A DNA stretch of 38,448 nt from an uncultured Alphaproteobacteria bacterium (GCA_964017835.1 CAXHMP010000004.1:1-38448); one strand, 5' to 3'. Positions 18,471 to 27,296 are shown, numbered from the stretch's first letter. Notes: a model not told the origin generated them from the letters alone. Translations and numbers: made by a program.

Positions 18471-19022
18471 TTATTTACACACAATCACCATTGCGGTGCG
18501 CAGAACACTGTCGCCGAACATGTATCCCGCCTGCAGTTCCGATACAATCGTATTTGGCGCCGGTGCCGGGTCGCAATCGGCGGGGGCATCGGTCACCTGA
18601 ATCGCGTTGTGAAACATCGGATTTAAAATTTCGCCAACACTTTCAATGCGTGTGATGCCGATTTGGGCAAACGCGGCGTCCATCGCGCGGGCCATTGCCG
18701 CAATTCCGGCATCGTCGGGCGCGTGCGCTTGGGCCGCCGTAATCGCGTCCATGACCGGTAAAAAATGCCCCGCGACCGACATGGCGCGCGTGCGCGCCGC
18801 CGATTCCGTGTCCAGGGACGCGCGACGCCGCGTGTTTTCCAATTCCGCCGCCAAACGCAGATATTTGTCGTTCAGGTCCCGGATTTCATTGGTCAGGGCG
18901 TCAACGCGCGTATCGCAATCGGCATCGGGCGATTGGCTGGCCGGGGTGTCCGTCGCGGTGTCGGCCGGGGTGTCAATTGAAACTTCGTCAATTTTTACGT
19001 CTTTGTTTTCCATTTTCGGCAT
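18471..19022 (-). CDS. grpE: Nucleotide exchange factor GrpE
   Basis: The coiled-coil LNDKYLRLAAELENTRRRA is the GrpE signature. A C-terminal beta domain (..FHNAIQ..G.V..V.Q.GY) is present. Confidence 0.9.
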   Translation of the reverse strand: MPKMENKDVKIDEVSIDTPADTATDTPASQSPDADCDTRVDALTNEIRDLNDKYLRLAAELENTRRRASLDTESAARTRAMSVAGHFLPVMDAITAAQAHAPDDAGIAAMARAMDAAFAQIGITRIESVGEILNPMFHNAIQVTDAPADCDPAPAPNTIVSELQAGYMFGDSVLRTAMVIVCK

Positions 19023-19051
19023 CCATTTTGAAAGTTATATTTACTATATAT

Positions 19052-19753
19052 TTATTCAACACTGGTTATTATAGGTATGAAATCGTCCGGTTTCAAGGAC
19101 GCGCCGCCGACCAGCACACCGTCCACATGCGGAATCGACATAATTTCAGCCGCGTTTGACCCCTTGACACTGGCGCCGTATAAAATGGGTGTGGCGGGTC
19201 GTCCCATTTCGGTTAATGTTTTGGCAATCAGTTCATGCGCGGCCGAAATTTCGTCGCGGGTTGGGGTGATGCCCGCCCCAATGGCCCAGCGTGGTTCGTA
19301 CGCGATAATCACGTCGCCCGGCATGTCGGGCGTGCATTCACGCACGCCGTCGGCGATGATGTCCATGGTTTTGCCGGTGTCGCGTTCGGCCGATGTTTCG
19401 CCCACACAGATAATGGGGGTTAATCCTGCGTTCATGGCTGCGGTGGCCTTGTCCCGGACAATATCATTTGTTTCATCGTGGTACTGGCGGCGTTCACTGT
19501 GGCCCACAATAACATACGATGCCCCCGCGTCGCGCAGCATTTGGCCCGAAATGTCACCCGTAAAGGCGCCATGGTCGTGTTCGCTGATGTCTTGGGCGCC
19601 AATATTGACGCGCGTGGTGCCACGAGTCAGCATTGTGAACGGCGGACAGATGATAACGGTGTTGTTGGTTTCAACCGTATCCAGCGCCGCAACCATGTCA
19701 CCCAACAGGGCGGATGTACCATTCATCTTCCAATTTCCAGCGATTATTTTCAT
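19052..19753 (-). CDS. tpiA: Triosephosphate isomerase
   Basis: MKIIAGNWKMNGT, VIVGHSERR, ICVGE, IAYEPRWAIGAG and GGASL are all present. Confidence 0.95.
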   Translation of the reverse strand: MKIIAGNWKMNGTSALLGDMVAALDTVETNNTVIICPPFTMLTRGTTRVNIGAQDISEHDHGAFTGDISGQMLRDAGASYVIVGHSERRQYHDETNDIVRDKATAAMNAGLTPIICVGETSAERDTGKTMDIIADGVRECTPDMPGDVIIAYEPRWAIGAGITPTRDEISAAHELIAKTLTEMGRPATPILYGASVKGSNAAEIMSIPHVDGVLVGGASLKPDDFIPIITSVE

Positions 19754-19823
19754 GATATTTCGTTCCTTTTTTTAATTGATTTGCGTAATCTGGTTTTGCT
19801 ATGGTAACGCAAAAGGGGATAAA

Positions 19824-21233
19824 ATGCTAGAATATTTACGTAATGCGGCGGAAAAACCGGTCGCAAAAATTCTTATTGGAATCTTGGCGTTTTCGTTCGT
19901 TGGATGGGGCGTGGCGGAATGGATTTTCGGTAACGTGGTCCAGAGCAATTCGATTATGTCCGTCGGCGGTGACGCCATCACGGTCGAAGAATTTAATATG
20001 GAAAAATCGCGCCAGATGGCGGCGATGACACGCGACCAACAAAAACAGATTTATGCCAATGCATCCGCAGCCCAGGCCTTTGGTAATGGGGTGTTGGCGA
20101 CACTGATGAATAATAAATTGGTGTTGCGGCGCGCCGATGATTTGGGCTTTGTGGTGACCGACCGACGCATTGCGCGCGAAATTCGCGAATTCCCCGAATT
20201 TCAAATGAATGGACAATTTTCAACGTATCTGTTTGATGCGGTTTTAAACGCGTCGGGATATACCGAAGATAGTTTTGCCGCTTTCCTGCGCGGCCAGGTG
20301 TTGCGCGCCATGACGCTGGGGTCAATGTCGATACCGGTTGCGACGCCGAAATATGCGTTGAATGCGGTCTATAATGCCCGCAATGGCAAGCGCAAGATTG
20401 ACTATGTCACCGTGAAGTATTCAGATGTCAAGACGGCCAATCCGACCGATGACGAGTTACGTGAATTTTACGCCGCCAATCCAAAAATGATTGCGGAAAC
20501 GCGCGATGTGTCCTATGTCTTGGTGCCGGCGGAAATGTCCCGCCCCGACAGTTATGATGCCGCGTTTAAAACCGCCCAAAAAATCGAAGATGATATTATC
20601 GGCGGGGAATCATTTGCCGATACGGCCAAAAAGCATGGCGCCCGATATGCGGCCCATCGCGCTGTCCGGGCCGGGGCAACGCCGGATGATACGCTGAACG
20701 CCGAAATTGTGGCGCGGGCGTTTGATATGGAACCGGGATTGGAAAGTGAATTGATTGAAACACCGCGGGGCTTTGTCATTATGCGCGTGGACAATGTGGT
20801 GTCTGCGCATGCCGCCGAATTTGATGATGTTAAAAAATCACTGGTTTCGGATTGGAAAATGGTCCAGGCGCGGCGTGACGCGTATCTGCGGGCGAATGAA
20901 TTATTGGTGGATTTAAACGCTGGCAAGGCATTGCCAAATAAAAAATCCGCCACGGTTACACGCACCACGGGCGCGCCAACCGATGTGTTGGTTGCGGCAT
21001 TTGCCGGGGCGCCGGGCGGAAATTCAATCGTGTCGGGAACAGATGCGTTTTATGTTTTACATATCGGCGATGCCGTAATGGCCGATGCGGATGCGAAAAA
21101 ATTGGATGCATTGAAACCTGAATTACAGAATATGATGACGCGGACGCTGATGGATGACTATAACGCGTTCTTGCTGCGTCAATATCCGATTAAGGTAAAT
21201 AACAAAACAATGGGCAAAATATTTGGAAATTAA
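19824..21233 (+). CDS. ppiD: Periplasmic chaperone / PPIase PpiD-like (SurA N-terminal domain protein)
   Basis: MLEYLRNAAEKPVAKILIGILAFSFVGWGV is the typical PpiD N-terminal anchor. A parvulin-like region (ETPRGFVIMRV) is present. The position after tpiA is as in many alphaproteobacteria. Confidence 0.8.
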   Translation: MLEYLRNAAEKPVAKILIGILAFSFVGWGVAEWIFGNVVQSNSIMSVGGDAITVEEFNMEKSRQMAAMTRDQQKQIYANASAAQAFGNGVLATLMNNKLVLRRADDLGFVVTDRRIAREIREFPEFQMNGQFSTYLFDAVLNASGYTEDSFAAFLRGQVLRAMTLGSMSIPVATPKYALNAVYNARNGKRKIDYVTVKYSDVKTANPTDDELREFYAANPKMIAETRDVSYVLVPAEMSRPDSYDAAFKTAQKIEDDIIGGESFADTAKKHGARYAAHRAVRAGATPDDTLNAEIVARAFDMEPGLESELIETPRGFVIMRVDNVVSAHAAEFDDVKKSLVSDWKMVQARRDAYLRANELLVDLNAGKALPNKKSATVTRTTGAPTDVLVAAFAGAPGGNSIVSGTDAFYVLHIGDAVMADADAKKLDALKPELQNMMTRTLMDDYNAFLLRQYPIKVNNKTMGKIFGN

Positions 21234-21394
21234 AAAATCCCCCCACCGCCCAGGGGCGCGATGAAAGCCACCGCGTTTTCATTGTCCATTCCCCCGTTGT
21301 CTGCCCACATTAATACATCATTGCTGTGGGAATGGACACGGGGGATTTTTATTTCCCGCTTGCGATTCCCCCGCAATTAGAATATAATAATGAT

Positions 21395-21546
21395 GCACCG
21401 GGTGATACCCGATGTGGGGTGTAAAGGCCTCCTTAGTAACAAAAAACTCCAACACGGGTTGGAGGGTCGTGATATATTAAAATAAACGACACTATTACTA
21501 AGTAGTCTTTAACCTCCAACCGCCCTTCATCACGGCGGATTTTTTA
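21395..21546 (+). ncRNA. Candidate structured sRNA, copy C of the family (inverted relative to copy A)
   Basis: TTGCGA (21360-21365), a 17-nt spacer and TATAAT (21383-21388) precede it. Helices are TAAAGGC+CTTAGTAA with TTACTAAG+GTCTTTA, hairpin CTCCAAC-ACGG-GTTGGAG and GTCG/CGAC. Terminator CCGCC-N9-GGCGG plus T6 lies at 21520-21545. Confidence 0.55.
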
Positions 21547-21565
21547 ATTTGGGGGTAAATGAAAG

Positions 21566-21790
21566 ATGCCAGTAATTTCGAATGAAACGCGGCTTATCGG
21601 TGGCGCGATGCGGCACGGCCGCCGCATGAACCGCATCAGCCGCACGGCCGCGGCACGGGCGCTGCGGGTTAGTTTGGAGGAACTCGGCCGTATCGAGGGT
21701 GGCCGCATGGTCATCCCGCGCCGGGTGCTAAACAGCCTGATGTACCACGCGATACGGAATAAATGTAGAAAGGATGAGGATATTAATTAA
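21566..21790 (+). CDS. Small XRE-like HTH protein (74 aa)
   Basis: RISRTAAARALRVSLEELGRIEGG resembles a helix-turn-helix of the XRE type. The start is uncertain, since several Met codons are available. Confidence 0.45.
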   Translation: MPVISNETRLIGGAMRHGRRMNRISRTAAARALRVSLEELGRIEGGRMVIPRRVLNSLMYHAIRNKCRKDEDIN

Positions 21791-21938
21791 CCTGGATCCC
21801 GAGGTCAGCATCACCCACAAAAATCTGACGATTTTTGCGGGGGGCGATACGCCACGGAATGACAGGGGAGTGTTTAAGAGCCTGGAAAAATAAGGACAAT
21901 GCCAACTAAATCAGAAATCAGAAATAAAAAAGTCCGAC

Positions 21939-22892
21939 TTACCTGGTGCAGGGGTGGGCAACGGGGTGGGCCGGTTTTTCAAAAACCGCAAACAGTTCCC
22001 AGTGCGCGGCGCCCACAAATTGGTCAACGGGAATCAATTCGCAAAGGGTATAGCCGCCCTGGGTCAATGTGTGACAATCGCGTTTAAATGTTTCGGGATT
22101 GCATGACACATAAATAACACGCGGAACGTTTGATTTGGCTAATTCGCGACACTGGGCGTCTGCGCCGGCACGTGGGGGATCCATGACAACGCAATCGTAC
22201 AGGTTTAATTGTCCCACGCGCAGCGGATTTTTAAACAAGTCGCGCGCGGTGCCGGTACCGGAAATATCAAAGCCGTCGGCGCGCAGCACAAAGGTGAAAT
22301 TCCCCAGGCCACAAAATAAATCTGCGACATGCCGTGCGCCATTGGCGCGGGAAACAACCATGTCACGCAGGGTGTCCGCCCCGGCAATGCCCGGTTGTAA
22401 AAATGCGCCAGCGGGATACGGGACAGATGTGTCACCAAAACTGACCGTCGGGGTGGCGCGTTGGCACACAGTTTTGCCATTCCATGTCACACGCATCAGG
22501 TTTAGTTTTTCCGCCGCAGCCTTGAAATCAGCCGAAAAATAAGGTGTTGGCGATGTTACCGCCAAATCAATTCCATTGTCGCACAGGGTTATCAATGCGC
22601 CGCCCGCCGTATTCCACGGCAGTGCCGCAATCGCCGGCAGCGCGGCGTTAATTTCCGGCATTAATCCCGGGCAATGGGTGACGGGTACAATGTCTTTGGA
22701 TTTTGGTGCGTAAAAGCCGAATCCCATTGGGGAAAATGAAAAGTCGGCGCGACGGCGCAATGCATTTGTCCAAACGGGGGCGGATGTCGACGGGATGTCA
22801 CACAACAATTGTGACTTGTTATCACGATAATCGGCGGCGGTAAAATCAAATTTACAGCCGCCACATTTTCCAAACAAAGGGCAGGCGCACAT
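21939..22892 (-). CDS. SAM-dependent RNA (uracil-5-)-methyltransferase, TrmA/RlmD (RumA) family, without TRAM domain
   Basis: The N-terminal Cys cluster is CPLFGKCGGCKF. The SAM motif is DLFCGLGNFT, followed by MDPPRAGA and the catalytic region YVSCNPETFKRD. Confidence 0.85.
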   Translation of the reverse strand: MCACPLFGKCGGCKFDFTAADYRDNKSQLLCDIPSTSAPVWTNALRRRADFSFSPMGFGFYAPKSKDIVPVTHCPGLMPEINAALPAIAALPWNTAGGALITLCDNGIDLAVTSPTPYFSADFKAAAEKLNLMRVTWNGKTVCQRATPTVSFGDTSVPYPAGAFLQPGIAGADTLRDMVVSRANGARHVADLFCGLGNFTFVLRADGFDISGTGTARDLFKNPLRVGQLNLYDCVVMDPPRAGADAQCRELAKSNVPRVIYVSCNPETFKRDCHTLTQGGYTLCELIPVDQFVGAAHWELFAVFEKPAHPVAHPCTR

Positions 22893-22894
22893 GA

Positions 22895-23536
22895 CTAGAA
22901 ATTAATTCGCGCCCCGGCACGCAGTTGGTGTGCGTTGGGCGACAGGTTTTCCATAATATTAAATTTCGGTTTGGCAATATACAGATATCGATATCCAATA
23001 TCCAATGTGAACCACGGTCCCAGTTCAAAGCCAACGCCCACCATTGCGGTGCCGGCCATGGTGGTGCTGTTTTCAATATCGGCATTGTCGGCCGAGTTAA
23101 ATGATACACCAACACCGCCGCCAACATAGGGGACAATCCGCTGGGAATGAAACAGGCGGTACATGGCGTCAATCCGCGCATCCACAATCGCGTTCAGCAT
23201 GATGATGTCGCCTGTCATTGAAAAATGATTCCAGGATGCGTCGGCGCGGATATAGTTCGCTTCGAACCGCAGGGTGTCCAAGGCACGCATCCCCGCGCTG
23301 AGGTCAAATGATGATGTGGTGCGCCCGTTCGAGTTCATCAGATTATCGGCCACGTCCGACCACATGGATAAATTATACGACGCGCCAATATAAAACCGAT
23401 TGGCACGGGCAAATTCCGTGTTGTTGGCGTGCGATGTCTGGGATTCAGGACCATTGTATTGAACCCGATAGGGAACCGCGGCCGATGCCATGGCCGGCGT
23501 CAAAATCATTAAGGTGGCAATCAGTTTCATTTTCAT
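22895..23536 (-). CDS. Outer-membrane beta-barrel protein (OmpA-like/Opa-porin type barrel)
   Basis: The signal peptide is MKMKLIATLMILTPAMASA. It has alternating amphipathic strands and a C-terminal aromatic residue (..GARINF). Confidence 0.7.
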   Translation of the reverse strand: MKMKLIATLMILTPAMASAAVPYRVQYNGPESQTSHANNTEFARANRFYIGASYNLSMWSDVADNLMNSNGRTTSSFDLSAGMRALDTLRFEANYIRADASWNHFSMTGDIIMLNAIVDARIDAMYRLFHSQRIVPYVGGGVGVSFNSADNADIENSTTMAGTAMVGVGFELGPWFTLDIGYRYLYIAKPKFNIMENLSPNAHQLRAGARINF

Positions 23537-23568
23537 TTTTGTATCCTTGTGCCTGGTTCACAGTTGGG

Positions 23569-24345
23569 TTAGAAGTTTGTCCGTATGCTAAGCATTACTG
23601 TGTTCATGTTATCAACACCGTCGCGCCCAACGTGCCAGCCAAAGCCGTTGCCGATGCGCATCTGATACTGCCACGCCAAATCAACGCCAATAATGTCGGT
23701 TAACATGATGTTCAGACCAGCAATCGCGCGCGGGGCGACCATAAAGCCGTCGGCGCCGTCGGGACCCTGGAATTCATAGGTGCCGGCGCCAACCCCAATT
23801 CCCATAAACGGCACAATGGTGCGTCGGTGCGTCACGTCGCCGGTACGGACCCAGCGGCGCAGAAAATCAAAATACAATGTGGCGCCGATTTGACGGGACT
23901 GGGCGCTGAGGTCATCCAGGTCCGAAAAGGCAAAATTTGTTGTCTGGAAATCAATTTCACCACGCACGTATGACGACAGGTTCCACCCCAGACCCAATTG
24001 CACGTTCCATGTGTCCGATAATTCGTATTCCGCATTGTTCCATCCCATGCGCGCCCGGTCGGATGCAAACCCCAGTGTCAGGCCCGCGCCGCCACGCACG
24101 TACATGGATGTTGGAATGAATACAGTCGTGTCATCGTCGCGTGCGGCGGTGCGGCCCGAATATATTTCACCCCCCAGGGCGCCGGCCGGAACATCATCGA
24201 TGACATCCACGTTCACGCGGGCGACGTTGACATCAACCCCTTCTTGGATTTCGGCACGCAGACGGCGCGCGTCATAGGATGCATTTGCATCCGAAATGCA
24301 CGCAAAAATGCCTGCAAATAAACAAAAACACGATAGATATTTCAT
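23569..24345 (-). CDS. Outer-membrane beta-barrel protein, second tandem gene
   Basis: The signal peptide is MKYLSCFCLFAGIFACISDANA. A beta-strand pattern is present and the C-terminus is ..LSIRTNF. The ORF opens at 24357. Confidence 0.65.
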   Translation of the reverse strand: MKYLSCFCLFAGIFACISDANASYDARRLRAEIQEGVDVNVARVNVDVIDDVPAGALGGEIYSGRTAARDDDTTVFIPTSMYVRGGAGLTLGFASDRARMGWNNAEYELSDTWNVQLGLGWNLSSYVRGEIDFQTTNFAFSDLDDLSAQSRQIGATLYFDFLRRWVRTGDVTHRRTIVPFMGIGVGAGTYEFQGPDGADGFMVAPRAIAGLNIMLTDIIGVDLAWQYQMRIGNGFGWHVGRDGVDNMNTVMLSIRTNF

Positions 24346-24425
24346 TTCTTGGACCACTTGTTCTGATACTTGGTAAAAAGTTTAACATAAAATGAAACTT
24401 GATTCCAGCCCGATTTATGCGTACC

Positions 24426-25259
24426 ATGGCATATATGCACAACGACCAAGATAAAAAAATTGCATTGGTGGCGGGGGCGCTGGACCTGCCGTTTTATACG
24501 CGTGACGCGCTGCGCGCCGCGGGGTGGGATGTTTATGTCGTGGGACTGAAAAACTTTTATGACCCGCGGTTGAAACCCGATATTGTCGTGCGGTTGGGCG
24601 GCGGCGGCCGTGCGGTGCGGGAATTTCGCCGGCGCGGGATTCATAAATTGACCTTTGTCGGCGCGCTGGGGCATCCGGATTTGTCCGACATTCGTCCCGA
24701 TTTGTGGTCGTTGGGGGTTTTTATTAGTATTCTAAGACATCAACAAGGATATGATTCCATGGCAGTGGCATTGACGCGCGCCCTTGAAAAACGGGGGCTG
24801 GAGGTATTGGCGGCCCAGGATTTGGCCCCAGAATTGGCATTTCAAAAATCAGGGCCCCAAACCCGGGTCAAACCGACCGGTGCGGATAAACGAAACATTG
24901 ACCGCGCGGTTGAAGTGTCCCACACCATTGGTGCGGCCGATATTGGGGCCTCGGTCGTTGTGGACAAGCAGGTTATCGCGGTCGAGGCCGCCGAAGGTAC
25001 GGCCAAAATGCTGGAACGCGTGGTGGCCATGCGGGCGGGGCGGCGGCGCAAAAGTGGTGTCTTTGCCAAAATGACCAAGCCCGGTCAGGATTTGCGTATC
25101 GATATTCCGGCCATCGGCGTGGACACGGTGCGGGCGGTTGCGGCGGCAAACCTGAGGGGGATTGTGGTTAACACCAAGACATGTTTTGTTGTTGATAAAC
25201 CGGCCGTCATCCGCGAGGCCGATGCCGCCGGCATATTTATCGTTGCGGTGGATGAGTAG
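24426..25259 (+). CDS. lpxI: UDP-2,3-diacylglucosamine diphosphatase LpxI (DUF1009 family)
   Basis: KIALVAGALDLP, GAADIGASVVVDKQVIAVEAAEGTAKMLERV and KPGQDLRIDIPAIGVDTV match the LpxI pattern. The ORF opens at 24399. Confidence 0.82.
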   Translation: MAYMHNDQDKKIALVAGALDLPFYTRDALRAAGWDVYVVGLKNFYDPRLKPDIVVRLGGGGRAVREFRRRGIHKLTFVGALGHPDLSDIRPDLWSLGVFISILRHQQGYDSMAVALTRALEKRGLEVLAAQDLAPELAFQKSGPQTRVKPTGADKRNIDRAVEVSHTIGAADIGASVVVDKQVIAVEAAEGTAKMLERVVAMRAGRRRKSGVFAKMTKPGQDLRIDIPAIGVDTVRAVAAANLRGIVVNTKTCFVVDKPAVIREADAAGIFIVAVDE

Positions 25260-25373
25260 AAAATATACTTTATCAAATAAAATACCTGCAATAGTTCGGA
25301 AAAAATTACACAAATCCGATACATTGCAGGTTTTATATTTCTGTATAGCCAAGCGGTATCTGTGAGTCTGATA

Positions 25374-25560
25374 AACAAAAACGCCGCCGGTCGCCCGGCG
25401 GTGTTTCCGAATGCCCCGAAAGGAAGGAAAGGAGAAAAAGAAATGGGCATTCTAAACTTTGTCGGGGCCCACAGTCCAGAGGAGAGAGAATGTAGGAGGG
25501 AGTCTGAAACCCTGGACCCCGCGAACGCGGTTGCGTTCGGATGATAGAAAAGTATCTGTT
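25374..25560 (-). ncRNA. Candidate trans-acting sRNA with CU-rich (anti-Shine-Dalgarno-like) hairpin loops
   Basis: Three consecutive hairpins form on the minus strand in a 540-bp region without credible ORFs. Plus-strand coordinates are 25522-25540, 25463-25521 (loop ..CUCCCUCCUACAUUCUCUCUCCU..) and 25409-25452 (8-bp stem GAAUGCCC/GGGCAUUC, loop AUUUCUUUUUCUCCUUUCCUUCCUUUCG). A strong terminator follows: CACCGCCGGGCGACCGGCGGCG plus UUUUUGUUU at 25402-25374. The 5' end and promoter are not resolved. Confidence 0.45.
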
Positions 25561-25818
25561 CCCTATCAACGAATCGAAATGTAATACAATTTATTTCATT
25601 TGTCAAGATAAATTGTCAAAAAATATTTTTGGTCAAAAATAAGCGCGATTCCATAAATAAAACACAGGCGCATGTTTTCGGGATTTTTCCCTGATTTTTG
25701 CCCGTTTTTTGTGGGAATATTCTTAGGAAATGGTACTTATGATTTTTTCCAATGTTTTGATTCATAATTTAGAACGCAGTCCTAGGATTGCGGATAGAAA
25801 ACAAAGGAGGAGAGTAAG

Positions 25819-26064
25819 ATGACGCATGAAGATGTATGGCGTGCAATCGAACGCTTTGCCAAAGAACATAAAATGACCTGTTCCGGTTTAGCAAAGTGCA
25901 GCGGCCTGGACGCGACCACTTTTAATAAAAGCAAAAGATGGTCCAAAGAAGGACAGCCAAGATGGCCGTCGACAAACAGTATTTCCAAAATACTGTCCGC
26001 GACGGGCGCCAAAATTGTTGACTTTACCAAGTTTATTGATAACGAAGGTCAGCAAGCGGCATGA
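25819..26064 (+). CDS. HTH protein resembling the N-terminal DNA-binding domain of alphaproteobacterial S24-type (phage CI/LexA-like) repressors
   Basis: VWRAIERFAKEHKMTCSGLAKCSGLDATTFNKSKRWSKEGQPRWPSTNSISKIL matches the conserved pattern of these repressors, but the S24 peptidase domain is absent. An AAGGAGG SD is present. Confidence 0.65.
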   Translation: MTHEDVWRAIERFAKEHKMTCSGLAKCSGLDATTFNKSKRWSKEGQPRWPSTNSISKILSATGAKIVDFTKFIDNEGQQAA

Positions 26065-26089
26065 TTAACGTCATCAAATGCCAGAAGAA

Positions 26090-26126
26090 CACCGCCCCGA
26101 ATCCTTTCCCATCGGGGCGGTGTTTT
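26090..26126 (+). terminator. Intrinsic terminator
   Basis: CACCGCCCCGA-N11-TCGGGGCGGTG is followed by TTTT. Confidence 0.7.
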
Positions 26127-26192
26127 AAACTTGCGCACGGGGGATTTATCGACTAGCCTGGGGAATATAAACAATCATGAACAAGGAACGGC

Positions 26193-26615
26193 ATGCTGGA
26201 TGGCATTCGCGTTTTTACCAAGGATGAATTATGGCGCCGGATTTTGGGCGAACTGGGCGCCGTGGTGTCCGATGTGCAATCCGGAACCGATATCGATTTT
26301 GATGCCATTAATCTGGCAAATGCCCCGATGTCGCCCGTGGAAATCAAAGCGGCACTGTTGTCGGCCCAGGGAAATGATAAAATTTTAAAGCAAATTTTCG
26401 GGCGGCCTGTGGCATTGCCCGGGGTTCAGGCGCGTATTGTCGTGGCCTTGGCCAAAAGCGGCGGAATGCGCGGCGCGGATTTGAAAGAGGCGCTGGGCTA
26501 TTCGCGCGATGCAGCAACCCATACCATCGATACGGCCATTTACCAATTGCGTCGAACATATGGGCGGGACTTTATCCAAAATGACCGTGGGGTGTATCGA
26601 ATTGGAAAAATATAA
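26193..26615 (+). CDS. Protein with a C-terminal BirA-type winged-helix (HTH_11-like) domain
   Basis: ARIVVALAKSGGMRGADLKEALGYSRDAATHTIDTAIYQLRRTYGRDFIQNDRGVYRI parallels the E. coli BirA N-domain LKLIALLANGEFHSGEQLGETLGMSRAAINKHIQTLRDWGVDVFTVPGKGYSL. It overlaps the birA catalytic ORF in another frame. Confidence 0.6.
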   Translation: MLDGIRVFTKDELWRRILGELGAVVSDVQSGTDIDFDAINLANAPMSPVEIKAALLSAQGNDKILKQIFGRPVALPGVQARIVVALAKSGGMRGADLKEALGYSRDAATHTIDTAIYQLRRTYGRDFIQNDRGVYRIGKI

Positions 26616-27270
26616 AATCATATCCTTGGGCGATGTGTCCAGCACCCAAACGTATGCCCACGATTTAATCGAACAGGGACATGTTGTCGCGCCATGTGTC
26701 GTGACCGCCGAAACCCAGACCGCCGGGCGTGGTCGATTTAGTCGCGTGTGGGTGTCAAAACCGGGAAACCTGTACGCCAGCTTTGTTTGGCAATGCCCGC
26801 GTGCCGAGCCGCGGTTGTCCTATGCGGTGGCGGTTGCCGTGGCCGAGGCATTGATGGCGTTTGATGTGCCGGCAAAAATCAAATGGCCCAATGATATTTT
26901 GGCCGATGGTAAAAAAATATGCGGGATTCTGATTGAATACCACAGTAATTTTGTTGTGGTCGGAATTGGCATTAATGTTCAATCAAATCCCGATGGGGTC
27001 GGATATGAAACTGCGCGCGTTGCCCAATACGCCAATGGCGTCATGCCCCAGGATGTAATGCGGGTGTTGGCGCGTGCGCTGGACAAATGGCGGGGGATGG
27101 ATTTTGAATCGGTGCGCGCACGATGGATGCAATTGGCGACGGGGATTAACACCATGGTGACATACCGCGGCGCCCGTGCAGAATTAATCGGTATTGATGA
27201 AAACGGGGCGTTAGTTTTACGTCGCGATGGACGTAATATATTGGCCTGGGGCGATGAAATTATTATTTAA
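26581..27270 (+). CDS. birA: Biotin--[acetyl-CoA-carboxylase] ligase, catalytic part
   Basis: The biotin-binding loop is QTAGRGRFSRVWVSKPGNLYASF. KWPNDILADGKKICGILIE is present. The start is uncertain (ATG 26581, GTG 26587 or TTG 26602). Confidence 0.88.
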   Translation: MTVGCIELEKYKIISLGDVSSTQTYAHDLIEQGHVVAPCVVTAETQTAGRGRFSRVWVSKPGNLYASFVWQCPRAEPRLSYAVAVAVAEALMAFDVPAKIKWPNDILADGKKICGILIEYHSNFVVVGIGINVQSNPDGVGYETARVAQYANGVMPQDVMRVLARALDKWRGMDFESVRARWMQLATGINTMVTYRGARAELIGIDENGALVLRRDGRNILAWGDEIII

Positions 27271-27296
27271 ATATAATCAGATTAGAATTTTTTTTG

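Noticed and set aside
19077-19775. 232-aa ORF antisense to tpiA
   Set aside because: It is a mirror ORF of a clearly identified housekeeping gene and has no motifs.
25594-25620. Shared ATTTGTCAAGAT / TTGTCAA boxes at 4775-4795, 25594-25620 and 36273-36279 as a common regulator binding site
   Set aside because: The shared core is just the reverse complement or forward form of the -35 consensus TTGACA in AT-rich intergenic DNA. Three occurrences are not enough to claim a regulon.
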